Below, piece after piece: positions 16,492 through 25,610 of a stretch of DNA of 53,718 bases (positions within the stretch are counted from its first letter, which is position 1; the number at the start of each line of letters is the position of its first letter). The stretch covers positions 1-53,718 of the forward strand of contig JAGXNQ010000001.1 in the NCBI GenBank assembly GCA_019894955.1, in the 5' to 3' direction. The position numbers and the translations under genes are program-made. Below the pieces are notes generated by a model. That model was not told the DNA's origin, searched no databases, and worked only from the letters and a program-made list of their open reading frames with translations. Source of the stretch: Promethearchaeota archaeon (lineage in GTDB: Archaea > Asgardarchaeota > Lokiarchaeia > Sigyniarchaeales > SOKP01).

Positions 16492-18240
16492 CTATAGTTG
16501 CTTCTTAAAATCTAATGAACTAGATTTTAAGGAATCTAATTCAATAACTGGTACTATTCCTATTGTTGGATCTATGCCAAAACTTCGCATAAAGTCTGTT
16601 TGTCCTTGAAAGCATCCTGAGTTGATTAGATTAACATTTCGATAACGACTAAATCCATTAATATGGAGATGACCCGTGTGAAATATATCTGGAATCGTGT
16701 CAATTACGAGCCAATCCTTGCTCGTGGGTGCAATTTGAGTCTTTCCACCATACACAGGTGCGAGATGTCTACATATAAGCAATTCTTTCATTGTTTCAGT
16801 TGGTTTTTTTATATCTAAATCAGGAACGGACATATTTAAATCGTGCATACTTTCACCATGAAATATAAGGGTATTAACACCATGGGTACTTATTAGAGAG
16901 GGATTTCCTAAGAATTTAACTCCTAAATCTGCTAATCCTTTACAATATTTTTTAGGGACAGCGGGTCTTGCAATAGCGTTCCTCACAGGTTCATGATTAC
17001 CCGATACATAGAAAATCTTGATATATTCAGGTACCTCTTTTATAAATTCTGTAGCTTTATCATATTGTTTATAGATATCTGATATAAGGAGGTCTTCATT
17101 TTGGTTTGGGTACACACCGATTCCATCAATTAAATCTCCATTAATAACCAAATATTTAATTTTTCCGGCTAGTTTTCTTACTTTATTATCACCGACTTTA
17201 CCGTTTAAGAATTGGATAAATTTATTGAATAATGTTTCTTCAAATTCTTTACTTCCGATGTGAGTATCAGAGATCAACGCAACAGCAAGAGGTTCTTTGG
17301 CTTTATTAGTTTGAAAATTAGTAGGGATATCTATTTTCGTGAAATTATTTGCAAATATAATCCCTTTACCTTTGGAATTACTTGGATTATAGACACCTTC
17401 CACGTATATCATTTGATCGTTTACGATCCGTTCAGTTTTTTTCAATTCATCAAGATCTTCATTATTTTTCTTAATTAATACATTAACTTCTCCCGTTAGA
17501 TCTTCTAATATTAATAAATAATTTTGATTTTTTGTTAAACGTATACTTTTAATCAATCCCATCGTAGATACCTCAGCATTGTTAGATAATCTATTTATTT
17601 TTTCAATATTTGTTGCTGAGAGTACTTCAGTTCGTTTTCTCATTAATTCACGTAATGAATTGTATTTATCTACAGTCATCTCATAGAAATCATCGAAATT
17701 TCCATTTGTGAATAATTTACCATTTGGATCCTTTAAAATCTTATATTCAAATTCATAATCTTTAGCTATGGGTTTAAATGAAAGCGATGACTTTGTCGAT
17801 TCAAATTGTTTAATTTTTGAATGTTGTCTTTTTGCAGGAAGAGGATCAATAGTCATAGGTTTTTTTCTTTGAGGAATACTAATAGAATTTTGAGTATTTA
17901 ATGAATTCTTAACTTCTTTCTTTATTGAAGCTGGAATATTTACTTTATCAATCTTCAGGTTATTTTCTTTATACTCTGTTTTTTCATTGCATTTTATTTT
18001 TATATTCTCTCTTTTCAACACTCTCTGGATTTCTTCATTTGATATTCTTTGTATTACATCTAAAGTGAGATGTCCATTAAAAGTGGGGTTGATATTCATT
18101 TCTTCTATTATGAGATCAGTTTTAATTAGAGGATTATCCATTTTCAATATGATTTCAATAGATTTGGGAGAAATATTTATTCCAGAATTAGCTAATCTAT
18201 TTATCAATACCTTCTTTTGGGAAAAATACTCTTGATCCAA
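16492..18240 (-). CDS. dp1: DNA polymerase II (PolD) small subunit DP1 (Mre11-like 3'-5' exonuclease)
   Basis: Calcineurin-like phosphoesterase motifs are present: ALISDTHIGS, INGDLIDGIGVYPNQ, VSGNHEP, FHGES and TGHLH. An OB-fold region and an N-terminal helical domain precede them. Confidence 0.9.
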   Translation of the reverse strand: MDQEYFSQKKVLINRLANSGINISPKSIEIILKMDNPLIKTDLIIEEMNINPTFNGHLTLDVIQRISNEEIQRVLKRENIKIKCNEKTEYKENNLKIDKVNIPASIKKEVKNSLNTQNSISIPQRKKPMTIDPLPAKRQHSKIKQFESTKSSLSFKPIAKDYEFEYKILKDPNGKLFTNGNFDDFYEMTVDKYNSLRELMRKRTEVLSATNIEKINRLSNNAEVSTMGLIKSIRLTKNQNYLLILEDLTGEVNVLIKKNNEDLDELKKTERIVNDQMIYVEGVYNPSNSKGKGIIFANNFTKIDIPTNFQTNKAKEPLAVALISDTHIGSKEFEETLFNKFIQFLNGKVGDNKVRKLAGKIKYLVINGDLIDGIGVYPNQNEDLLISDIYKQYDKATEFIKEVPEYIKIFYVSGNHEPVRNAIARPAVPKKYCKGLADLGVKFLGNPSLISTHGVNTLIFHGESMHDLNMSVPDLDIKKPTETMKELLICRHLAPVYGGKTQIAPTSKDWLVIDTIPDIFHTGHLHINGFSRYRNVNLINSGCFQGQTDFMRSFGIDPTIGIVPVIELDSLKSSSLDFKKQL

Positions 18241-18512
18241 GGTTTATTCTCTCGTGATAAAAATTATAATATGTATTGTAATGAATAATTATATTGTTTA
18301 TTATTAAAGAACAAACATCTCATCTTATATTATAAGAGAGAGTATCATTTCAATCGATTTATTTAAAAATCAACCATCTCATTTGGTTATTTAAGTAAGT
18401 TTTCAATTAATCTATTAATAATTCCATTTATGTTTTCAAGATTTATTTATATACAATATGTCCATAATAAATTTTGTTTAATGGATTCAGTTCATACCAA
18501 TAGTGCGTCATC

Positions 18513-21500
18513 ATGTCAGATACAAGCAAAGATATGGAAGAATATTTTGCATTGATTCAGCAAAATGTAGATAACTGTTATGAAATTGCTGAAGAAGCCC
18601 GTCAGAAAGGTTTAGATCCTGAATTATTTGTAGAATCACCACAAGCAAAAGATCTAGCTGGAAGAGTAGAAAAACTTGTAGGTCCAGAAGGAATTGCTGA
18701 TGTAATCCGAAATTTAAAGAATCTGGGCAAATCTGATGATGAAATTGTGTTTCAAGTTGTTTCTGATATTTTGGAAAAAAAGTTAGGAAATATTGGGATT
18801 TTAGACGAAAGAGTGGAACGTGCTATTAGAGCAGGATTAGCAATAAAGACAATGGGGGTTGTTAGTGCTCCATTAGAAGGAATATCTAAAATTATCATTA
18901 GAAAAGATAATTATGGAAAATCTTATCTATCACTCTTTTTTGCGGGACCAATAAGGGCTGCTGGTGGTACTACTGCAGCTTTATGTGTGCTAATTGCAGA
19001 TTATGTAAGAAAGAAGTCAAATATCCCTAAGTATGAGGCTACTGAAGCAGAGATTGGACGATATGTGGAAGAAATTAAATTATATGATCGGAGAGTCCAT
19101 CTTCAATACCCTTCTTCAAATGATGAAATAAGATTCGCTGTTGAACATCTACCAATTGAAATTAATGGAGATTCGACTGAGGATGAGGAAGTTTCGGCTT
19201 TTCGGGATCTCCCCCGGGTTGATACGAATAAAATTCGAGGAGGTGCTTGTTTAGTGTTGAATGATGGGATACTTCTTAAAGCTCCAAAATTAATGAAGAT
19301 TGCTGCAAGCATGAATTTAGAAGGGTGGGAATGGTTAAAATCACTAAAAAAAATTTCTCAAAAAACAGAAACTTCGAAAAAAAATGAGAATATTAATCAA
19401 AACGAAATATCTCCAAATTCTAAATATGTTTCAGATATAATAGCGGGAAGACCTGTTTTTAGCCATCCTTCACGTATCGGAGGTCACCGAATTCGTTATG
19501 GTAGATCTAGAAACACAGGTCTTGCAGCTGCTGGTATGCATCCGGCGACAATGACTCTATTGGATAATTTTATAGCAATTGGTACTCAACTAAGAATAGA
19601 GCGCCCTGGGAAAAGTGCAAGTATTTGTCCTGTAAGCTCCATAGAGCCTCCAATAGTAAAATTGAAGGATGGAAGTGTGATTAGAGTTAAAACTAAGGAA
19701 AAAGCAAAACGTATTTTTCCAGAAGTAGAAAGTATACTCTTTTTAGGGGATATTTTGTTTGGTTTCGGAGAATTTGCAGAAAATAACCATAAATTAATCC
19801 CATCAGGTTATGTTGAAGAATGGTGGGCATTAGAATTAGAAAACGCTCTTCAAAAAACAGGAAATATACCTCCAAAACTAAAAATTTTCATACAAGACCC
19901 TTTTTCTAACGTTCCTTCAGCAGAAGATGCAATAAAATTAGCGTACAGTTTAAAAATCCCACTACACCCTTTTTATACAGATTATTGGGGAAATGTATCT
20001 ATAACTGAATTAGAAGTACTTCGAACGGCTATGAGTGAAGGTTTTGATCACTCAGAAAAGAAAATTTATTTGAAAAACGATCCCAAAATAAAAGAAATTT
20101 TAGAAAAGGCTTTTATTGTCCATTTGCTCAAGGATGGAGTTATTGAATTCAGTAATGCCAAGAATTTTATTTTTCAATCGCTTTTCGATCTTTTAAATTC
20201 AAATCATATTTCCTTGGAAGGTATTAATGATAGTTTTTCTTATTTTAAATTAAGATCTGGTCTTGAAATAAGGAATAAAGCCCCTTACTACATGGGGACT
20301 AGAATGGGACGACCAGAAAAATCTGAACGAAAATCAATGAAAGGCGTTCATTCATTGTTTCCATTAAGTGAAAGTGTTGGGAATCATCGATTAGTAGAAA
20401 AAGCTATAGAGCTTGGAACAATTAAAATTGACGCAGGTAGAAAAAAATGTCCTAATTGTAATTATGTTTCCCTTTTTAATAAATGTCCAAAATGTGGAAG
20501 TCATACAGAAGTACAAAAGATCTGTGTAAAATGTAAAAAAACATATTCTAAGAATAATGATAAATGCTCTCAATGCGGTCAAGCGTTAAGTTTCTCAAAG
20601 GAAGCATCTCTTAACTTTAAAAATTATATCAATACTGCTCTCGATTCATTAGGATTGACTCTACCTAAAAAATTTAAAGCGATTTTTGGATTAACCAATC
20701 AATTTAAGCTTCCTGAACCTATTGAGAAAGGTATATTAAGAGCAAAGAATGGTTTATTAGTATATAAAACGGCAGAGATACGATATGACGCTACTGACAT
20801 ACCATTAACCCATTTTAAACCTAAAGAAATTGGCACATCTATTAAAAAACTGAAGGAATTAGGATATGAATATGATTATCAAGGTAACCCATTAGAGGAA
20901 GCTGATCAAATAATAGAATTAAAAGTACAAGACGTTCTCTTATCGGAGGATTGTGCCAATTATTTTCTACGGCTTACGAAATTTTTAGATGAGGAGCTTG
21001 AAAGTTTTTATCAATTGAAGAGGTTTTATAATGTATCTGGTCTAGATGATTTAATTGGTCACTTGGTTGTTGGTTTAGCACCTCATACTAGTGCGGGCAT
21101 CATTGGTAGAATAATTGGTACTTCACCAGCAAGGTCTATTTATGCTCATCCTTATTGGCATGCTGCCAAGCGTCGTAATTGTGATGGCGATGAAGATGGT
21201 ATAATGCTTTTACTGGATCCATTGTTAAATTTTTCCAGATATTATTTACCTAGTAGGATTGGAGGGAGAATGGATGCTACGTTAGTAATTTCTACTAAGT
21301 TGGATCCTAATGAAATTGATGTGGAAGCACATAACATCGACACTTTGTACCGATATCCTTTAGAATTTTATGAAGCAACTCAAAATTTTGCATCACCACA
21401 AAAAGTTGAGGATATTATGAATTTAGTGAAAACTCGATTAGGCACAGAAAAGCAATACGAAGATATCGGATTTAATATTCCCACGGAGGATATTAATGAG

Positions 21501-21938
21501 GGCCCATTGATGACAGCATATAAAACTCATGAAACTATGGAAGAGAAGATTGAAGCTCAATTACATATTGCGAAAATTATCAAAGCTGTTGATGCAAAGA
21601 AAGTTGCTGAAAAAATTCTCTCTACACACTTCAATCCAGATATACTTGGGAATTTACGTAAATTTTCAGTTCAAGAGTTCAGATGTGTTAAATGTAATGA
21701 AAAATTTCGACGTCCTCCAATTTCTAATAATGGTAAATGTCCAAAATGTGGTAAAAAAGTGATTTTAACGGTAAATAGGGGAGGTATAGAGAAATATATT
21801 CCTAGAGCTCAAAAACTTTGCAAAGAATTCAATCTGGATCACTATACCGTGCAAAGAATGGAATTAATTGAACAATATGTGGAAAGTTTAACTAATAATC
21901 CAAAAATAAAACAGCAAAAATTATCAGATTTTTTCTGA
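18513..21938 (+). CDS. dp2: DNA polymerase II (PolD) large catalytic subunit DP2
   Basis: The length is 1141 aa. The N-terminus is MEEYFALIQ...AEEARQKGLDPE. Zn modules (CPNCN..CPKCG, CVKCK..CSQCG, CVKCNEKF..CPKCG) and the catalytic block NCDGDEDG are present. No intein-sized insertion is present. Confidence 0.95.
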   Translation: MSDTSKDMEEYFALIQQNVDNCYEIAEEARQKGLDPELFVESPQAKDLAGRVEKLVGPEGIADVIRNLKNLGKSDDEIVFQVVSDILEKKLGNIGILDERVERAIRAGLAIKTMGVVSAPLEGISKIIIRKDNYGKSYLSLFFAGPIRAAGGTTAALCVLIADYVRKKSNIPKYEATEAEIGRYVEEIKLYDRRVHLQYPSSNDEIRFAVEHLPIEINGDSTEDEEVSAFRDLPRVDTNKIRGGACLVLNDGILLKAPKLMKIAASMNLEGWEWLKSLKKISQKTETSKKNENINQNEISPNSKYVSDIIAGRPVFSHPSRIGGHRIRYGRSRNTGLAAAGMHPATMTLLDNFIAIGTQLRIERPGKSASICPVSSIEPPIVKLKDGSVIRVKTKEKAKRIFPEVESILFLGDILFGFGEFAENNHKLIPSGYVEEWWALELENALQKTGNIPPKLKIFIQDPFSNVPSAEDAIKLAYSLKIPLHPFYTDYWGNVSITELEVLRTAMSEGFDHSEKKIYLKNDPKIKEILEKAFIVHLLKDGVIEFSNAKNFIFQSLFDLLNSNHISLEGINDSFSYFKLRSGLEIRNKAPYYMGTRMGRPEKSERKSMKGVHSLFPLSESVGNHRLVEKAIELGTIKIDAGRKKCPNCNYVSLFNKCPKCGSHTEVQKICVKCKKTYSKNNDKCSQCGQALSFSKEASLNFKNYINTALDSLGLTLPKKFKAIFGLTNQFKLPEPIEKGILRAKNGLLVYKTAEIRYDATDIPLTHFKPKEIGTSIKKLKELGYEYDYQGNPLEEADQIIELKVQDVLLSEDCANYFLRLTKFLDEELESFYQLKRFYNVSGLDDLIGHLVVGLAPHTSAGIIGRIIGTSPARSIYAHPYWHAAKRRNCDGDEDGIMLLLDPLLNFSRYYLPSRIGGRMDATLVISTKLDPNEIDVEAHNIDTLYRYPLEFYEATQNFASPQKVEDIMNLVKTRLGTEKQYEDIGFNIPTEDINEGPLMTAYKTHETMEEKIEAQLHIAKIIKAVDAKKVAEKILSTHFNPDILGNLRKFSVQEFRCVKCNEKFRRPPISNNGKCPKCGKKVILTVNRGGIEKYIPRAQKLCKEFNLDHYTVQRMELIEQYVESLTNNPKIKQQKLSDFF

Positions 21939-23123
21939 AGGATATAACTCTGAATCGATTTTGCGTAAGGTTTCAAGACTGATTTCCAAAACATTATTTA
22001 AATTTTGAACATTACATTTATCTGGAGTATCTCTTGGAGAATGGATGTATTTTACATCCTTAGCAGAGTGGAAGCAAGCAACTTGAAAATCTGATTTGGT
22101 TTTTTTTCCAAATTTTAGAAAAACCTTATGGTCAGTCTTTGGAGTAATCTCGTGTTTAACTATTGATATTCCTAATTTGTTTGCAGTATCTACAATATTT
22201 TTATTTAGTGTTTGATTGATTAATTTTCTGAGGAATAAATTTTTCTTATTAAGTAATCCTATATAGGACCCAATCATGTCAAAATTTATATTTAGCGATT
22301 TATCGAGAATGTATTTCTCTGAAAAAGATTTTTGATTTCGTTTGCAGAATCTTTTTGCACCAATTAATCCCCATTCTTCAGCACCTGTGAAAACTATGAT
22401 AACATCCATATTTTTTAAAGGTTTCTCATTTAATTTTTTAGCTAATTCGAGTATTATAGAAACTCCACTCGCATTGTCAATGGCACCCGTTGATTTTTTA
22501 GTATTATAAATAAGTAAGAAAATCAAGAAAAGGATGACAAATTCTATCAAAGATGACTTCAGAATGAAATCTAAAATGATTGGTGATTGATATGTAGTTA
22601 GATTAAAACTCCCAAGAATCCAGAGTGAAAAGGTTAATTTGATAATAAAATAAGGAATTATGAAAATCCTGAAAATAAAAAACAAGATACTCTGAAGTCT
22701 AAATGGAAGGTTAGCTGAAAATGAATCGTAATGAGCTGTGAGTATAACTACCGGAAGTTTTTTTCTTCGATTAATTGCTGATATTGTTGATACTAAATTT
22801 TTTGAAGTTTCTTCTTTTACTAATGAATAATTGCGCGTGGTTACAAATAAATATTTTATAGAAAAGTAGATAGCAATGACCATTAAGAATTTAAAGAATA
22901 ATAGATAAGTTAAGAAAATGAGATATACAAGTCTCATTACTACTTTTCTTGGACCCATATATGTAAAATATTCAAAACGATTTTCAATATCTTTATTATC
23001 TAATTGATCGCGGATATAAAAAACTGCTTCTGTTTCTCCCTCTGAACCGGTAGACCTATTAAATGCTAAGGAGTTGACGTGTTTAATGGTTGCTTCTGGA
23101 TCATCTAATATTGAAGTCATCAT
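21924..23123 (-). CDS. M28-family metallopeptidase with an internal polytopic membrane insertion
   Basis: M28 blocks are RSTGSEGETEAVFYI, VILTAHYDS, GAIDNASGVSIILELAK and FTGAEEWGLIGAKRF. About 90 hydrophobic residues (several TM helices) lie between HYDS and DNASG, and one TM helix lies before HYDS. Confidence 0.8.
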   Translation of the reverse strand: MMTSILDDPEATIKHVNSLAFNRSTGSEGETEAVFYIRDQLDNKDIENRFEYFTYMGPRKVVMRLVYLIFLTYLLFFKFLMVIAIYFSIKYLFVTTRNYSLVKEETSKNLVSTISAINRRKKLPVVILTAHYDSFSANLPFRLQSILFFIFRIFIIPYFIIKLTFSLWILGSFNLTTYQSPIILDFILKSSLIEFVILFLIFLLIYNTKKSTGAIDNASGVSIILELAKKLNEKPLKNMDVIIVFTGAEEWGLIGAKRFCKRNQKSFSEKYILDKSLNINFDMIGSYIGLLNKKNLFLRKLINQTLNKNIVDTANKLGISIVKHEITPKTDHKVFLKFGKKTKSDFQVACFHSAKDVKYIHSPRDTPDKCNVQNLNNVLEISLETLRKIDSELYPSEKI

Positions 23124-23236
23124 TCATATCCTAGTGGATGTGTAAAAATATAGGCATTATTTTGAATAGTAATGTGATAGTCAACTATTAAATCTAACTT
23201 TTATTTTCTACCTCTAAAAGGAAAAAATGAGAAAAA

Positions 23237-23351
23237 TGCAGGAAGTGGGATTCGAACCCACGAAGACCTATGTCATTATCTCCGAGAATTGGTTATATTC
23301 TCAGTCTAGAACCTCAGTCTAGCGCCGTAGACCATGCTTGGCAATTCCTGC
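23237..23351 (-). tRNA. tRNA-Leu (anticodon GAG) with a ~31-nt intervening sequence at the anticodon-stem/variable-arm junction
   Basis: The reverse complement is GCAGGAA-TT-GCC-AAGCATGGTCTAC-GGC-G-CTAGA-CTGAGGT-TCTAG-[ACTGAGAATATAACCAATTCTCGGAGATAAT]-GACATAGGTCTTC-GTGGG-TTCGAAT-CCCAC-TTCCTGC-A. The acceptor stem, T arm and anticodon arm pair perfectly. The long D loop and variable arm are class II features. Confidence 0.8.
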
Positions 23352-23481
23352 TTAATTCTTAGAGAAATCAAGATTTCAAATATTTTAAAATCAAGATTTA
23401 ATTTCATAAAATAAGAGAAATTTTAAAAACCTTTTTTATAGTTATAAAGTATTTTAAATAATAATTTTTTGAATAATTGTA

Positions 23482-24282
23482 ATGATAGATTATAGATATA
23501 TTGAAATAGAGTATTTTAAGGAGAAGGGGTTTTTAATATTATCTTTTAATCGTCCAAATAATATGAATGCTTTTAATTATGCACTCACTAGCGAATTTTG
23601 TGATGCGTTGAGAACAGTGATAAAAGAAAATTCTATTAATTGCATGATAATAACAGGAAAGGGAAAAACTTTTAGTGTAGGAGGCGATATAAGGGAATTT
23701 AAAGAATATGCTGATCCCGTTGCATCAATGGCTAAACTGGCGGCAAAATTACATGAAGGAATACGATTAATCAAGAGTATAAAAATACCTATAGTGGCTG
23801 CTATTAACGGACCATGTTTTGGTGCGGCTTTAGGTTATGCTTGTTCATGTGATTTAAGATACTGTAATGAAAAAGCAACGTTTGGAGCTGCTTTCACAGG
23901 AATTGGTCTTTCTCCTGATAGTTCTACTTCTTTCCATTTACCTAAAGTTGTCGGTTATTCCCTGGCATCTGAAATGATATTGTTAAATCGTATTTTAAAT
24001 TCACAAGAAGCCCAAAGTTATGGTTTAGTGAATAAAATATTTTTATCAAATGATGACTTTATTGAAGATGTGAAGAATATAGCGTCTCAATTGGGCACAG
24101 GACCTATCAAAGCTCTTCAATCAAGTAAAAACTTAATCAAAAATTCATATCTTAATGATCTCGAAACGCATTTAGAAGAAGAAGCTAAAAATATTGAAAA
24201 ATGCGCTGGAGCTGAGGACTTTCTAGAAGGATTAAATGCTTTTCTTGAAAAGAGAAGACCAAATTTTAAACAAAAGAATTAA
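23482..24282 (+). CDS. Enoyl-CoA hydratase/isomerase (crotonase) family protein
   Basis: Blocks ITGKGKTFSVGGDIREF, PIVAAINGPCFGAALGYACSCDLRY and FLEKRRPNF are present. Confidence 0.9.
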   Translation: MIDYRYIEIEYFKEKGFLILSFNRPNNMNAFNYALTSEFCDALRTVIKENSINCMIITGKGKTFSVGGDIREFKEYADPVASMAKLAAKLHEGIRLIKSIKIPIVAAINGPCFGAALGYACSCDLRYCNEKATFGAAFTGIGLSPDSSTSFHLPKVVGYSLASEMILLNRILNSQEAQSYGLVNKIFLSNDDFIEDVKNIASQLGTGPIKALQSSKNLIKNSYLNDLETHLEEEAKNIEKCAGAEDFLEGLNAFLEKRRPNFKQKN

Positions 24283-24414
24283 TTATATGTCTTTATAATC
24301 TTCTTTTTAGCTAGGATCTAAGAACTTTTTATGTATATATTTATATTTATTTAAATAAAGCTTTTTATTATGTAATTTTAATTACATATATACTTAGAGA
24401 AGATTTGTGCACTT

Positions 24415-25428
24415 ATGTCAGTTGATACAAAAAAGTTACAGGCATTATTAAAATGGTACATGCAGAGTATTGGAGAAAATTTAATAGCTGTTATCATTGT
24501 AAATCGAGAAGGTTTAATTATCGATAGAATTTTTGGTGCATCGGAAAAACAATTGGATGAGGATATAGTTGGTGGAGTAAGTGCTTTAGTTGAGCCTGTT
24601 TTAACAAGGATCACCAAAGAATTTAGTTCAGGATCCTTTGGTACGGGAACGTTTGATACTGAAGAATATAGATTGATTTTCTGTGAAGCTGGTCCTGAAG
24701 CTGTTTTAGTGACGATATTAGATGCGATTGCTGGAGTGGATCCTGTCTTTCCATATGCCTATTTAGCCGCAGAAAAAATTGCTCGAATATTTGACGGAAG
24801 AACTGTAAGTCCTGTAATACCAAAGCTAATTTCAGAAAAAAGGATTAATAATATTGAAAAAAAAGTAAATCAACTCCAAAAGATAAAAGTACAATCGGGA
24901 GAATATGCTTTCAAATTAATCCTTGGAGGTGACGGAGCCGTTGGTAAGACATCCATGGTTCATCGGTTTGTTGAAAACGAGTTCGCAAAAGATTACAAAT
25001 CAACTATTGGAACTTCAATTATGAAGAAAGAATGCAAATTTGATGGATTAGAGAGCTTGGTTCGATTTGTGCTTTGGGATCTTGCGGGACAAGCCCAATT
25101 CAAGAAAGTTAGACAATCTTATTTATCAAACGCTGAAGCAGGTATATTAGCATTCGATGTTACAAATCCTTCTTCATTCCAAAGCATTGAAAATTGGCAT
25201 AAAGAAATCATTTCAGCTTCCCCTAACATATCACTTATTCTAATTGGAAATAAGATTGATTTAGTAGATAATAGAGTAGTTTCCAGGGAAGATGGAGAAA
25301 AAACAGCTGAAAAACTTGGAATTCCATATATTGAGACATCCGCTAAGACCGGTGAAAGTATTAATGATGCTTTTAGAATGTTGGCATTGCAGATGATTAA
25401 GAATTATCTTGTAGGTGAAGAAATATAG
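24415..25428 (+). CDS. Roadblock/LC7 (MglB-like) domain fused N-terminally to a Rab/Ras-like small GTPase
   Basis: Residues 1-~125 carry a roadblock pattern (IGENLIAVIIVNREGLIIDRIFGAS...VGGVSALVEPVL...EYRLIFCEAGPEAVLVTILD). The G domain has G1 GGDGAVGKTS, G2 YKSTIG, G3 WDLAGQ, G4 GNKIDL and G5 ETSAK. There is no C-terminal Cys. Confidence 0.85.
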   Translation: MSVDTKKLQALLKWYMQSIGENLIAVIIVNREGLIIDRIFGASEKQLDEDIVGGVSALVEPVLTRITKEFSSGSFGTGTFDTEEYRLIFCEAGPEAVLVTILDAIAGVDPVFPYAYLAAEKIARIFDGRTVSPVIPKLISEKRINNIEKKVNQLQKIKVQSGEYAFKLILGGDGAVGKTSMVHRFVENEFAKDYKSTIGTSIMKKECKFDGLESLVRFVLWDLAGQAQFKKVRQSYLSNAEAGILAFDVTNPSSFQSIENWHKEIISASPNISLILIGNKIDLVDNRVVSREDGEKTAEKLGIPYIETSAKTGESINDAFRMLALQMIKNYLVGEEI

Positions 25429-25561
25429 AGCCCCTGGGGGGAATTGCTCAATTCGGAAGAAGCTTCGCGTAGTTTTTGAACCCCCGATCTACAGATTACG
25501 AATCTTTAGCATCCCCACATAAAAAGATGAGAACGTTGCTATACCGCTAAGCCACAGAGGC
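25429..25561 (-). tRNA. tRNA, probably Thr (anticodon CGU), interrupted by two intervening sequences (after the D arm, ~29 nt; in the T loop, ~32 nt)
   Basis: The reverse complement is GCCTCTG-TG-GCTTAGCGGTATAGCA-[ACGTTCTCATCTTTTTATGTGGGGATGCT]-AAAGA-TTCGTAA-TCTGT-AGATC-GGGGG-TTCAAAA-[ACTACGCGAAGCTTCTTCCGAATTGAGCAATT]-CCCCC-CAGGGGC-T. The acceptor stem pairs 7/7 with one G-U pair and the T stem is GGGGG/CCCCC. The anticodon stem has one A-G mismatch, so the isotype and exact splice points are tentative. Confidence 0.65.
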
Positions 25562-25610
25562 ACAAGATCTGTTTAATAATTATAATATAAAACAATTATA
25601 AAATTTTTCG

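Noticed and set aside
18513-21938. Possible inteins in DP2, and likewise in RpoB, NrdD, RtcB and Cdc6
   Set aside because: All of these proteins have lengths typical of intein-free versions. No Hint/endonuclease-type insertion interrupts the conserved blocks.
25562-25610. Possible TPP riboswitch upstream of thiL
   Set aside because: Only 49 nt separate the tRNA gene from the thiL start. This is too short for a TPP aptamer, and no conserved CUGAGA-type element is present.
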